Origin: Promethearchaeota archaeon
GTDB lineage: Archaea > Asgardarchaeota > Lokiarchaeia > Sigyniarchaeales > SOKP01
Assembly: GCA_030599585.1 (NCBI GenBank)
Contig: JAUVNS010000011.1
Coordinates: 64,001-128,000 of the forward strand
Direction: 5' to 3'
Length of the DNA stretch: 64,000 bases
Below are positions 29,390 to 40,007 of this stretch, piece by piece. Each line of letters starts with the position of its first letter. Positions within the stretch are counted from its first letter, which is position 1. The position numbers and the translations under genes were made by a program. The notes under the pieces were generated by a model. The model did no database searches and was not told the DNA's origin. It was given only the letters and a program-made list of their open reading frames with translations.

Positions 29390-30256
29390 TTATCCTAAAA
29401 TTTGATCAAACCTAGATGCCAGTTTTCCTGGAAACTCACCTAAATATGATTGTGGATCTGCAAAAAGTAAATAAAAATAAGGCTCAAACAGGCCATTAAT
29501 AGTTGGGCCAACTCCTGATTTTATTATATACACCCATAACTGTTCATTTGAAAAATGTGATTGTCGATAAATCCATTCAAGCGTTGGCATATTCGGAAAT
29601 ACGCTAATGTTTCTTAGAATTGAATCTATATCTGCCATTGAAAATGAAGTCCCGAAACTCATGATTGGTGAAAGATCAAACGATGTTATACAGATACCTT
29701 TAAGCCCATAACTACTCATTTCTTTTAAAAAATCGTCTGCTAACCTATTAATTTCTTTTTTCTGTGCGTCTACGCGATTTCTAGCTTCTTTGTCAGTTAG
29801 GATTTCGATAATTTTATCCTCTTCGTTTTGTAGCAATTCAAGGGCTGCATCAAGAGGAATTTTATCTGCGATAACTAAGTTATAAATAATTTTAATTTTT
29901 GCTTTAACAGACTTTTGAAGGAGATATGACTCAGATTGTATCGTGATTAATACATCACCTTCATATTGATTAGTATCTTCCTTACTAGGATTTTTTTTAC
30001 TAGATTTAAATTCTATTATTTCAATTTTTTTATCAATATTTCTAGCAAACTCAAATAGTGCAGAAACTAATCCTGCGTTGAGTTCGAACGAGCTAACTGG
30101 ATCTAATTTCGTCAATGGTTCTAAATTCTGTCGCGTGAAGTCAAAAAATCTTAAATTTAAATTAACACCTTTAGGAGGAGTATTTAGAATTAAATTATAA
30201 TATGGAAAGCCTGTATTGGTAATAACAGAAAACTCATAAAATGTCATATTAAACAT
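29390..30256 (-). CDS. Hypothetical protein, possibly longin-like N-domain plus roadblock/profilin-like C-domain
   Basis: FYEFSVITNTGFPYY...AGLVSALFEFARNI resembles Asgard longin-like domains; GLKGICITSFDLSPI resembles a roadblock beta-strand. Fold call is tentative. Confidence 0.5.
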   Translation of the reverse strand: MFNMTFYEFSVITNTGFPYYNLILNTPPKGVNLNLRFFDFTRQNLEPLTKLDPVSSFELNAGLVSALFEFARNIDKKIEIIEFKSSKKNPSKEDTNQYEGDVLITIQSESYLLQKSVKAKIKIIYNLVIADKIPLDAALELLQNEEDKIIEILTDKEARNRVDAQKKEINRLADDFLKEMSSYGLKGICITSFDLSPIMSFGTSFSMADIDSILRNISVFPNMPTLEWIYRQSHFSNEQLWVYIIKSGVGPTINGLFEPYFYLLFADPQSYLGEFPGKLASRFDQILG

Positions 30257-30397
30257 TTAAAGATTGAAATATAATTTAATCTATAATTATAGATTTGGCA
30301 ATATATATTTAAATTAATTGAGTTAATTACATAGTTTACTTAAAAAAGCTAATCAAATTTCCAAGAATACAAAAGGGTAAAAACGGAGTTAACATTC

Positions 30398-33193
30398 TTA
30401 TTTTATTATTATCGCAGGTTTTCCAGGTAAGCCTTGCGCCGCTTTCTTTTCTTGCGATTCATTTTCGGGGATAACAGTTACTTTACATTTATATTTCTTT
30501 TCGTAAATATTTTTGATTTCAAAAAAGAAATTAAATTCACCCTTGGCATTGATAGGGGATTTAACAAATTTTCCAAGATTCTTCAATACTTTAATGACTG
30601 TTTGAGAAATAAATTTCCCTTTTGTTTTAAAATCTTTATTTTCCATTAATTTTCCAATAATTTCTCCTTGATCCTTTGATTCTTCTACTAAGGAGAGAAG
30701 TTTAAGCATTAAATCGAATTTCCACTCAGCTGCTATAATAATAATAATCTCATTTAGTTTTTCTTTCTTAATAATTTGAATTATATGATTAATTGAATCA
30801 ACAGTGTTATTCATTAAATTCCATTTGTAATCATTTTCAACGGAAAGAGTATTCTTATCGTAGCTAGGCCAAATAGCTAAACTTAAAAAGTCATTTTTTC
30901 CCATTTGCTCCCATACTTCCTCAGTCATATGAGGTACAAAGGGATGAAGTAAAAGAGTTAAATTCTTTTTACATTTGTCAAAAACTTCTTTATAAACACC
31001 CTCAGACTTATATCTATTTAATTCAGTAGTAAATTGGATGATTTCGTTTATGGCATCTCTAATTGAAATCTTTTCTAAGGCCTCACTTACTTTTTTTATA
31101 GTTTTATTAAGATAATACTCAACCAGCGTATCTCTAATTATTTTTTTCTCTCGGATTATATCAGGGGATTCAATTAATAATTTAAACGTGTTTTTTACAA
31201 ATTTATAAGCAAAATCTACGCCTTCATCAGACCATTCTAATCCCGATTTAGGGCTTGCTCCAAATAAGATAAATAATCTGGCTGCATCTGCTCCATATTT
31301 ATTCATAATTCCAATAGGATCTACAGTATTGCCATAACTTTTACTCATCTTAACACTTTTCAAAAAAAAATCCGTTCCACATCGTTTACACGTTTTATTG
31401 TGCATTTCTGCTTTCAATGCGAATGTTTCGCATTCAGAACAGAAAGGATGCGCTTTATTGACCATTCCCTGAGTTAAAAGCCGCTGGAAAGGCTCACTAA
31501 ATGAGTGAAGACCAAGATCTCGAGCTACTTTGGTAAAAAATCGAGCGTATAATAAATGCATAATAGCATGTTCTATTCCACCAATGTATTGATCAACATT
31601 CATCCAGTAATCTGCGATTTCTTTTCTGTATGGTAAATCTTTCTCATCGGGATCACAATACCTAAAAAAATACCAAGAGCTATCCACAAATGTATCCATA
31701 GTGTCTGTTTCCCTTTTTGCTTGTTTCCCACATTTTGGACATGGAACTTTGACATAAATTTCACTTGTTTTTAGCGGATTTCCTCTTCCCGTGAATTTTA
31801 CATCTTTTGGTAACTCTACAGGTAATTCATCGTATGGGATGGGTACAATTCCACAAGTATCACAGTAAATAATTGGTATTGGACACCCCCAATAACGTTG
31901 CCGGGAAATTAACCAATCTCTTAATTTGTAATTTACAGTTTTTTTTCCCATTTCTATTGATTCTAGCTTTTTTGAAATTGAATCTATTGCAGACCGGTTT
32001 TCCAAGCCATTAAATTCATCAGAATTAGTTAAAATCCCATCCCTTTCGTAAGCTCTAGTCATTCTATCCGCATTTAATTCGTATTCAAATGGTTGAATAA
32101 CAACTTTTATTGGAATATTATACTTCTTGGCAAATTCAAAATCACGCTGATCATGTCCAGGGACTGCCATAACGGCTCCAGCGCCATATTCATAAATAAC
32201 AAAGTTCCCAATATAAATAGGAATTTCTTCCTTAGTTATGGGATTAATAGCGTGTTTACCAATGAACATCCCCTTCTTCTCAATATCAATATTTGTTCTT
32301 TCAAATTTACCTTGTTTCATTACATCATTATAAAACTGTTCAAATAATTCTTCATATTCCGTTCCTTTTACCCATTCTTTTATCCAAGGATGTTCTGGTG
32401 CGAAAACCATAAAAGTTACACCAAACAATGTATCGGCTCTAGTTGTAAAGATATCAATAGTCCTGTCCTCTTCAGTAATTGGGAATCGAATGATAGTTCC
32501 CTCCGATTTAGATATCCAATTTCGTTGCATAATCTTCACTTTATCTGGCCAGTCCACGGTATCCAAACCGTCTAAGAGTTCTTCAGCATAATCACGAATT
32601 TTCAGAAACCATTGAGTTAAAAATTGTTGTTCAACTTCAGAACTACATCGCCAACATTTACCACTTTGTACCTGTTCGTTAGCTAATACTGTTATACAAT
32701 TTGGGCACCAATTCACATAACTTTCTTGTCTGTATGCTAAACCTTTTTCAAACATTTTCAAGAAGAACCACTGATCCCATTTGTAATAATTAGGATCGTG
32801 ACTAAAGACCATTCGTGTCCAATCGTACGAAAGTCCTATCCGTTTTTGTTGTTTTTTAATTGATTTTATATTTAAGTTTGTCCACTCTTCGGGATCAATT
32901 TCATGATCAATTGCTGCGTTTTCTGCTGGTAATCCATAGCTGTCATATCCCATTGGGTATAAAACATTAAACCCCTTCATCCTTTTAAATCTTGCAAATG
33001 AATCCCCTATTGAATAATTGCGAAGGTGTCCGATATGTAAATCAGAACTTGGATATGGATACATCTCGAGTACATAATATTTTTCTTTTCCATTTTTGTT
33101 CAAATCTTCTTTAACTTCAAAGATTTTCTCAAGTTCCCATTTATTTTGCCATTTTTCCTCAATTTTTTGAAAATCGTATTCAGAGTTAACCAT
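30398..33193 (-). CDS. leuS: Leucine--tRNA ligase
   Basis: [17 protein letters not shown], editing domain [35 protein letters not shown]. Confidence 0.97.
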   Translation of the reverse strand: MVNSEYDFQKIEEKWQNKWELEKIFEVKEDLNKNGKEKYYVLEMYPYPSSDLHIGHLRNYSIGDSFARFKRMKGFNVLYPMGYDSYGLPAENAAIDHEIDPEEWTNLNIKSIKKQQKRIGLSYDWTRMVFSHDPNYYKWDQWFFLKMFEKGLAYRQESYVNWCPNCITVLANEQVQSGKCWRCSSEVEQQFLTQWFLKIRDYAEELLDGLDTVDWPDKVKIMQRNWISKSEGTIIRFPITEEDRTIDIFTTRADTLFGVTFMVFAPEHPWIKEWVKGTEYEELFEQFYNDVMKQGKFERTNIDIEKKGMFIGKHAINPITKEEIPIYIGNFVIYEYGAGAVMAVPGHDQRDFEFAKKYNIPIKVVIQPFEYELNADRMTRAYERDGILTNSDEFNGLENRSAIDSISKKLESIEMGKKTVNYKLRDWLISRQRYWGCPIPIIYCDTCGIVPIPYDELPVELPKDVKFTGRGNPLKTSEIYVKVPCPKCGKQAKRETDTMDTFVDSSWYFFRYCDPDEKDLPYRKEIADYWMNVDQYIGGIEHAIMHLLYARFFTKVARDLGLHSFSEPFQRLLTQGMVNKAHPFCSECETFALKAEMHNKTCKRCGTDFFLKSVKMSKSYGNTVDPIGIMNKYGADAARLFILFGASPKSGLEWSDEGVDFAYKFVKNTFKLLIESPDIIREKKIIRDTLVEYYLNKTIKKVSEALEKISIRDAINEIIQFTTELNRYKSEGVYKEVFDKCKKNLTLLLHPFVPHMTEEVWEQMGKNDFLSLAIWPSYDKNTLSVENDYKWNLMNNTVDSINHIIQIIKKEKLNEIIIIIAAEWKFDLMLKLLSLVEESKDQGEIIGKLMENKDFKTKGKFISQTVIKVLKNLGKFVKSPINAKGEFNFFFEIKNIYEKKYKCKVTVIPENESQEKKAAQGLPGKPAIIIK

Positions 33194-33325
33194 TTTAAAT
33201 CAAAATCAATTTTTAATGTTGTTTATTAAAATATAAACATGAATAATTTAAACAATAAATTTTTTTTGAATTAAGGTATATTCTTATTCAAAAAGGTATT
33301 CCTTACTAAAATTTTCGTTTTAATT

Positions 33326-34330
33326 ATGGCAATAGATAAGATTAGAGTGTCGATAGGTAGTGCTTCAGTGCTAGGGTTATACGAGAGTAAAAGATTTAAG
33401 GACATTCCAACGACATGTTATTTAATGACTTATAAAGACGGTCATTGCACTGCTAATTGCGGTTTTTGTCCGCAAGCTAGAGAATCGGGAAGTTCAATTG
33501 AATTATTATCACGCGTTAGTTGGCCAATTTTTAGTTTTAAAGATTTTTTGACGAAATTGAATTACATGCCCCCTACAAAAAGATTTAAAAGAATTTGTAT
33601 CCAAACCTTGAATTATTTACAAAATTTTCAAGACCTTATAGAAATTGTTTCCCAGGTTAGAAAAAGATGCAATGTCCCAATATCTATTGCTATACCACCG
33701 ATGGGGAAAGAAAAATTAGAAAGATTAAAACTTCTTGGTGTGGATCGGGTAGGTATAGCTCTTGATGGTGCTACTCCTGAAATTTTTGAACAGATAAAAG
33801 GAAAAGTAGTAAAGGGTCCTTATAATTGGAGTAACCACTTTCAAAATCTCAAAGAAGCGCTTACAATTTTTGGAGAGGGGAATGTTACCACACATTTAAT
33901 CGTGGGATTGGGAGAAACTGCAAATGCAATCTTGAAAATGATTAAGAAACTTCACGATTTAAGAATAAGAGTAAGTCTTTTTGCATTTATGCCAATAAAG
34001 GGGACATTGCTTGAAAAATTAAACCAACCGGATCTATTTAATTTTAGAAAAATACAATTAGGCAGATATTTGCTGGTTAGCGATAATAAAACTCTTAAAG
34101 ACTTTACTTTTAATAATGTTGGTGAAATTGTTAAGTTTAATTTGAATGAAAAGGAGTTATGGGATATAATTCGCAATTCAAATGCATTTTTAACTTCGGG
34201 TTGTCCCGGTTGCAATCGTCCTTACTATACATCAAGACCTTCGGGTCCTATTTATAATTATCCTAGAACATTATTAACACATGAGATGGATGATATTTTT
34301 AAAAGTTTAAAGAATACGATTCATATATAA
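33326..34330 (+). CDS. lipS2: Radical SAM lipoyl synthase component LipS2
   Basis: CTANCGFC (CX3CX2C) plus C-terminal TSGCPGCNRP (TXGCPXCNRP motif); adjacent to a lipoate ligase. Confidence 0.82.
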   Translation: MAIDKIRVSIGSASVLGLYESKRFKDIPTTCYLMTYKDGHCTANCGFCPQARESGSSIELLSRVSWPIFSFKDFLTKLNYMPPTKRFKRICIQTLNYLQNFQDLIEIVSQVRKRCNVPISIAIPPMGKEKLERLKLLGVDRVGIALDGATPEIFEQIKGKVVKGPYNWSNHFQNLKEALTIFGEGNVTTHLIVGLGETANAILKMIKKLHDLRIRVSLFAFMPIKGTLLEKLNQPDLFNFRKIQLGRYLLVSDNKTLKDFTFNNVGEIVKFNLNEKELWDIIRNSNAFLTSGCPGCNRPYYTSRPSGPIYNYPRTLLTHEMDDIFKSLKNTIHI

Positions 34331-34332
34331 TA

Positions 34333-35124
34333 GTGGTAATAGGTTTGAGAGATTGGAGATTTCTTCCCTTAGAAACTAGAAATGGATATTGGAATATGGC
34401 TTTAGATGAAGCAATACTAAATGCAGTTATTGAGAAAAAAATTCCTAACACTCTAAGATTTTTCAAATGGAAGCCATCAACTGTATCTATTGGAAGAAAT
34501 CAAAGTATTTCTAACGAAGTAAATTTAAATGCTGTTAGAGAAAACGGTTTTAATGTTATAAGGAGGATCACTGGAGGTGGTGCTGTATTCCATGACAGTA
34601 CTCGTGAAATTACGTATTCTATTGTATGTTCTCTGAAATTTCTAGAAAACCTTAATGCTAAGAATGTGATTGAGCAATTTGAAATTATTGAGGCGGGTAT
34701 TGTTAATGCTTTAACACAATATGGCTTACAGCCTCAAAAAGGAGTTATTCATTGCCCTGCTATTTTTTTAGACGGAAAGAAATTTTCAGGGAATGCACAG
34801 ATAAGAAAGAAGGGATATCTCCTTCAACATGGAACAATATTATTGGAACTTGATCCTAACCTTATGTACTCCGTTTTAAAAGCACCCTATAACGTAGGGA
34901 AAACTAAAATGGTGAAATCTGTATATGCGAAGTGCATCGGCATCAAAGAACGATTAGATCAGTATGATGAAACGAAATTCTTGTTGTATCTTAAAGCTGG
35001 TTTCGAGGCGACGTTAGGAATTAAATTAATAGACGGAAATTTCACAGATTATGAATTGAATTTAGCAGATAAACTTGTGTCTGAAAAATATTCTAATAAA
35101 AATTGGCTGGAAAAATATGAATGA
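34333..35124 (+). CDS. lplA: Lipoate/octanoate-protein ligase catalytic domain (LplA-N/LipM-like)
   Basis: NMALDEA, RRITGGGAVFHD, GKKFSGNAQ, LQHGT. Confidence 0.9.
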   Translation: MVIGLRDWRFLPLETRNGYWNMALDEAILNAVIEKKIPNTLRFFKWKPSTVSIGRNQSISNEVNLNAVRENGFNVIRRITGGGAVFHDSTREITYSIVCSLKFLENLNAKNVIEQFEIIEAGIVNALTQYGLQPQKGVIHCPAIFLDGKKFSGNAQIRKKGYLLQHGTILLELDPNLMYSVLKAPYNVGKTKMVKSVYAKCIGIKERLDQYDETKFLLYLKAGFEATLGIKLIDGNFTDYELNLADKLVSEKYSNKNWLEKYE

Positions 35125-36169
35125 TATTAAGGATCTAGTTAAGAGGTTTGAATTAGGTAATCAAACATGGTCAGATTATGATAAATTGTTAAAACTTGAT
35201 AATAGAGAATTAGAGCCGATTTTAAATCTTGCTTATAATATAAAGAAGAAAAAATTTGGAAATCTAATAAAAGTTTATATCCCCAATAAACGGTTTCCAG
35301 CAATAAGCATTACTGGAAGCGAATGTTCATTACACTGTGAACATTGTAATAAAAAATATTTAGATGGTATGAAACCAATCTTAACTAATTCCGAATTAAA
35401 ATCCTACTTATTAGAATTAAACAAAAAGGGTGGAATTGGCGTTTTAATTTCAGGAGGATGTCTTCCCGATGGTTCAGTTCCTTTACTAAGCTTTTTAGAC
35501 ACCATCAAAGAAATCAAGAAGAAAACGAATTTAATAATCAACGCTCATACTGGGTTGCTTAGTGAAGAAACTGCAAAGCAATTAGCACTTGCTGGGGTTG
35601 ATATCGTTTCTTTTGATGTTACTATGGATAAAGACATAATAAACAATATTTACCATCTAAAAAAAGATATTGACGATTATAAAAAAGCAATCAGACTCAT
35701 GCAAAAATATGGAATAAATATCGTTCCTCATATATGCATAGGGTTATTCTATGGCAAGATTCACAAAGAATTGGAGACAATTAAATTTTTGAAAGAATCG
35801 GGATTAGATCCCTCTTTAATAGTATTGATTGCTTTAATCCCTCCAAATGATTCTGTAAATAATTTTCTTAGACCTCAACCAGGGGATATCGCAAAAATTA
35901 TTGCGACTACTAGATTTATATATCCAGACACAGAAATTTCATTAGGGTGTATGAGACCAAGAGGGGATGTGAAATTAGATATAGAAAAATATGCAATTAA
36001 AGCTGGGATAAATAGAATTGAAATACCTTCAAAAAATACTTTAAAGTGGATAAAAAAAAATGATCCTGATGTTGTATTCAATTTCTTCTCAGCGTGTTGT
36101 GCAATTCCAGATAAATTTGAAAAATACGCAAAAAGCAAGGATTCAGATTTAAAGAATTATAAGATTTAA
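35117..36169 (+). CDS. lipS1: Radical SAM lipoyl synthase component LipS1
   Basis: CSLHCEHC, LISGG, LGCMRP (GC(M/A)R motif), C-terminal ACC. Start moved to the ATG at 35117, which overlaps the end of lplA. Confidence 0.82.
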   Translation: MNDIKDLVKRFELGNQTWSDYDKLLKLDNRELEPILNLAYNIKKKKFGNLIKVYIPNKRFPAISITGSECSLHCEHCNKKYLDGMKPILTNSELKSYLLELNKKGGIGVLISGGCLPDGSVPLLSFLDTIKEIKKKTNLIINAHTGLLSEETAKQLALAGVDIVSFDVTMDKDIINNIYHLKKDIDDYKKAIRLMQKYGINIVPHICIGLFYGKIHKELETIKFLKESGLDPSLIVLIALIPPNDSVNNFLRPQPGDIAKIIATTRFIYPDTEISLGCMRPRGDVKLDIEKYAIKAGINRIEIPSKNTLKWIKKNDPDVVFNFFSACCAIPDKFEKYAKSKDSDLKNYKI

Positions 36170-36194
36170 TTTTTAAAAAGGAAGACTTAATGCT

Positions 36195-37610
36195 ATGAGA
36201 GGAAAAATAGAAATTTTCGGAGTGGAAGATATCCCCCTAATAAAAAATGGCGACAATATTCCATTAATCATTTTTAATGCGTTAACAAAAAATAATATCT
36301 CATTAGAAGATGGAGACGTTGTTATTATTGCCCAAACTATTTTATCGAAAAGTTTGGGAAATCTAAGAAATATAGGAGACATAGTCCCAAGTCAAGAGGC
36401 TATCGATCTGCACAATAAAATGGCTCCTCTGATAAGAAAAAATAATTTACCTGATAAAAGCCCTGAGCTAATTCAAGCGATATTAGATGAATCGAGACAA
36501 GTTTTGAAAGCAGAGCATGTAATGATTGTCGAAACGAACCACGGATTTATATGTGCAAATGCAGGTATTGATAAATCAAATGTCGGAAAAGGGGATGTAA
36601 TTTCTCTGCTCCCTTTAGATTCAGATAAAGAAGCCGAAAAAATCCGGATTTCACTTCAAAATTTAACAAAAAAAAAAATTGCGGTAGTAATTTCAGACTC
36701 TTTTGGAAGATCCTTTAGATTGGGGGCGGTAGGAGTGGCTTTAGGCGTTTCTGGAATATCTCCAATATTAGACAAGCGAGGTAGTAAGGATTTATATGGA
36801 AAAGAATTACAGAGTACAATTATCGGACAGATTGACAATTTAACTTCTGCTGCTCAATTAATCATGGGAGAAGCGGACGAAGGACTACCTGTTGTTATAA
36901 TTAGGGGATATGAATATTCATTAATGGAAAAATCTTCTATAACCAAAATTTTAAGAAAAAGCGAGATAGATTTATTTAGAAAGAAACGCAAAAATGGTAA
37001 TTTTGAAACCATTCTTAAATCTCGGAGAAGCTACAAATCAGAGTTTAATGATAAAGAAGTTAGTATTAACCTGATAGAAGATTGTATAGATGTAGCTCGA
37101 TGGGCTCCAAGTGCTCACAATGGCCAATTCTGGCGATATTCTATAATTGAAAAGGGAAAGATTCGTGAAACTTTGATTGAGAAGATGAATTCTAAATTGA
37201 AAGAAGACTTGATACAAGAAGGTAAATCAGATAATTTTGTTTTTAAGAAAATAAATAAAACGAGAAATCAATTTCTCAATTCACCTTACTTAATACTCTT
37301 ATGTTTGGATTCACACGATTTAAAGACCAACTCGGATAGTGCACGAGATTTTAATGAGTATATTATGGGAGTGCAGAGTATAAGCGCCTCAGCAACCTAT
37401 TTACTTCTTGCATTTGAAAATAAAGGAGTATCAGCGTGTTGGTATTGCGCACCCCTATTTGCAAAAAAAATTATCAAAGAAGTACTGAAACTACCAAGTT
37501 CTTTCGTGCCTATGGCATTTTTTACAGTAGGTTATTCGACTAAAACAACTCAAAAACCATATCGTAAGGAATTAAAAGATATTATCTTTAAGATAAGGAA
37601 AGAAAAATGA
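36195..37610 (+). CDS. fbiB: Coenzyme F420:L-glutamate ligase CofE fused to a nitroreductase domain (FbiB architecture)
   Basis: CofE part: ICANAGIDKSN, ISDSFGRSFR, MGEADEGLPVVIIRG. Nitroreductase part: SRRSYK, ARWAPSAHNGQFW, TVGY. Confidence 0.88.
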   Translation: MRGKIEIFGVEDIPLIKNGDNIPLIIFNALTKNNISLEDGDVVIIAQTILSKSLGNLRNIGDIVPSQEAIDLHNKMAPLIRKNNLPDKSPELIQAILDESRQVLKAEHVMIVETNHGFICANAGIDKSNVGKGDVISLLPLDSDKEAEKIRISLQNLTKKKIAVVISDSFGRSFRLGAVGVALGVSGISPILDKRGSKDLYGKELQSTIIGQIDNLTSAAQLIMGEADEGLPVVIIRGYEYSLMEKSSITKILRKSEIDLFRKKRKNGNFETILKSRRSYKSEFNDKEVSINLIEDCIDVARWAPSAHNGQFWRYSIIEKGKIRETLIEKMNSKLKEDLIQEGKSDNFVFKKINKTRNQFLNSPYLILLCLDSHDLKTNSDSARDFNEYIMGVQSISASATYLLLAFENKGVSACWYCAPLFAKKIIKEVLKLPSSFVPMAFFTVGYSTKTTQKPYRKELKDIIFKIRKEK

Positions 37611-37620
37611 GCGTTAAAAT

Positions 37621-38556
37621 ATGGATGATATTTACTATTTAGTACTTGCTGGTGGAGTAGGTGCGGCTAAATTTATAGAAGGATTGGCGAATGTAATTGA
37701 TCCTGCTTTATTAAAGATCGTAATAAACACAGGTGACGATATAGAATTATACGGTTTACAAATCTGCCCTGATATAGATATAGTAACTTACACTTTAGCG
37801 GGAATAGTAGACAAAGAAAAAGGTTGGGGATTTCAAGACGAAACTTTTAATTGTTTAAAATCTTTAAAACGATTTTATGGTTTTGAGTGGTTCAATTTAG
37901 GAGATCAAGACTTAGCAACGCACATTTATAGAACTGATCTCTTTAAGAAGGGATTTAGCAAAGCAGAAATCACTATGAGAATTGCTCAAAAAATGGGGAT
38001 AAAATCTCATCTTATACCAATGACGAATGAAAGTGTTCAAACGATAATTTCAACTGATTCAGAAGAAATGCATTTTGAAGAATTTTTTATTAGATACAAA
38101 AGTAGACCAAGAATATTAGACATTAAGTTTCAAGGCATTGATAAAGCAAAACCAGTTAAGGGTTTACTCGATTACATAGAGCATGCTGAGAGAGTAATAA
38201 TTTGTCCTTCGAACCCTGTAGTCTCCATTGGAACTATACTAACGGTTCCGGGAATTAGGAATACTTTGAAAAACATTAAGCAAAAAGTAATTGCAATAAG
38301 CCCAATTATAGAAGGGGGAACAGTAAAAGGTCCAGCAGATAAAATGATGAAACATCTAGGGTTCGAAGTTTCTTGTGTTGGAGTGGCGCATTATTATAAA
38401 GATATAATAGGCCACTTCATTATCGATAATAAAGATTGTGCATTAAAGCCGATTATTAAGAAAATGAATATAAAGACTTATTGTTTCGATACCTTAATGG
38501 TCTCAACAGAAAAAAAGAAAGATTTGGCCAGGTTTACAATTAATTTAGAAATATAA
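37621..38556 (+). CDS. cofD: 2-phospho-L-lactate/PEP transferase CofD (FbiA)
   Basis: LAGGVGAAKF, NTGDD, CPDID, WFNLGDQDLATH, PSNP..SIG, VKGPADKMM. Confidence 0.95.
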   Translation: MDDIYYLVLAGGVGAAKFIEGLANVIDPALLKIVINTGDDIELYGLQICPDIDIVTYTLAGIVDKEKGWGFQDETFNCLKSLKRFYGFEWFNLGDQDLATHIYRTDLFKKGFSKAEITMRIAQKMGIKSHLIPMTNESVQTIISTDSEEMHFEEFFIRYKSRPRILDIKFQGIDKAKPVKGLLDYIEHAERVIICPSNPVVSIGTILTVPGIRNTLKNIKQKVIAISPIIEGGTVKGPADKMMKHLGFEVSCVGVAHYYKDIIGHFIIDNKDCALKPIIKKMNIKTYCFDTLMVSTEKKKDLARFTINLEI

Positions 38557-38567
38557 CATGGTAGACT

Positions 38568-40004
38568 TCACGCTGGAGTTTCTTGAATTTCAAGATCTTT
38601 TTCTTCTTTTATATCTTCTTTCTTTACATAATCCCCTACTGAAGCTAGAATCTCTTTTATCCTACCTTCTTGTTGGAGACGAATAATTAAATTTCTATGT
38701 TTTATTGAAGAGATAATCTTTGAAATCACGGGAAATATTAGTATCAATGGAACTAATAGTATTACTATAACTTCTGGAGAAAACATTGCAACGCTTTCCA
38801 TAATTGCAGGTGGTAAATTAAAAACATTTTCCATGAACCATCTTGGATGAATAATAATAAAACTAATAATTATCAGTAAACCAACCCGGAAAATAAAATT
38901 AATAATTGTTGAAACTATAAGGCTCTTAGGTTTAGGAGCTGATGATCTGGCTGTTAGAGTATCGCGGGCTTCGCTATCTTCTTGAAAAAGTCGGTGTATA
39001 TATCTTCCAAGTCTTCTCGTCTTAGAAGCAGCAGTAATTAATTTTTTTTCTTCTTCCTCTAATTTCCTTCTTTCTATCATTTCCTTAACATAAGAAAATG
39101 TATCTCCGGTTTTAGCGAAAAATTTTCCTATTGTTGCTTTTTCATCAATTTTTAATTCCTGTTTCCTTTTTTTTGCTTCTTCTTTGATTTTGTCAACATT
39201 TGCTGTTACATAATAGGATTCACTTTGTAACACGCTTAACTGAGCTTCTAACCGATAGCTTCTTTCTAATGATGGTTTAGTAACAGTGAATGTATAATTT
39301 ATTTGAAAAGCCATTTCTAAATATATATAAGAAGCGATAGCAAGAAGAATTACAGGACTTGCAAAAAATTGAAATATATTATCGATAGGAATTCCCTCTA
39401 ATAGATCCCTATTTAAAGGATCGGGAAGATCTTCTAAATACGGAAGTGTTATATTGAATAATTCTAACATATCTTTAAATCCAAAAACCATAAGTGGAAC
39501 TACTAACATGAGAACAATAGATCCTACAACTCGTAGTTCGTTTTTTGGATCTGTTCTCAGAAAAGCTTTAATAGCGTAATAGATAGAGATGATTATTAAT
39601 ATTTGAAATGCAATTAAATAGAAATTTTCACTGAATACTGCGAATTCCTGACCTATTAGATCGGGAATTTCACTGAATTCTGGGGTATTACCATTCGGAA
39701 AAGTAAACCAAAGGCTAAACAATCCTCGAAAAAATTGCTCTAACAAAGTAAACAGGGACGGTTGAAATGCTGAAAAAGGAAAAGAGGCCACCATAACGCA
39801 AACAAAAGCAACTCCATATAATACAATAAATATAACATATGTCGAAATATTTCTTAAACTAGTTAGAAATGAAGATAAAACAAGTTCTCCTTCAGTAGTA
39901 GTGATTACTTTGTTAAAATCAAAAATTGACAGAAAAATAACTAAAATCCACAAGAAAATAAGTGCATTAATAACCTTTAGAATTAAAAGGTAATATCTTG
40001 CCAT
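38568..40004 (-). CDS. Polytopic membrane protein with a central charged cytoplasmic loop (last gene of the MoxR operon)
   Basis: About 7 TM segments and a ~120-aa charged helical loop; 3 nt from the vWA gene. Confidence 0.7.
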   Translation of the reverse strand: MARYYLLILKVINALIFLWILVIFLSIFDFNKVITTTEGELVLSSFLTSLRNISTYVIFIVLYGVAFVCVMVASFPFSAFQPSLFTLLEQFFRGLFSLWFTFPNGNTPEFSEIPDLIGQEFAVFSENFYLIAFQILIIISIYYAIKAFLRTDPKNELRVVGSIVLMLVVPLMVFGFKDMLELFNITLPYLEDLPDPLNRDLLEGIPIDNIFQFFASPVILLAIASYIYLEMAFQINYTFTVTKPSLERSYRLEAQLSVLQSESYYVTANVDKIKEEAKKRKQELKIDEKATIGKFFAKTGDTFSYVKEMIERRKLEEEEKKLITAASKTRRLGRYIHRLFQEDSEARDTLTARSSAPKPKSLIVSTIINFIFRVGLLIIISFIIIHPRWFMENVFNLPPAIMESVAMFSPEVIVILLVPLILIFPVISKIISSIKHRNLIIRLQQEGRIKEILASVGDYVKKEDIKEEKDLEIQETPA

Positions 40005-40007
40005 CTT

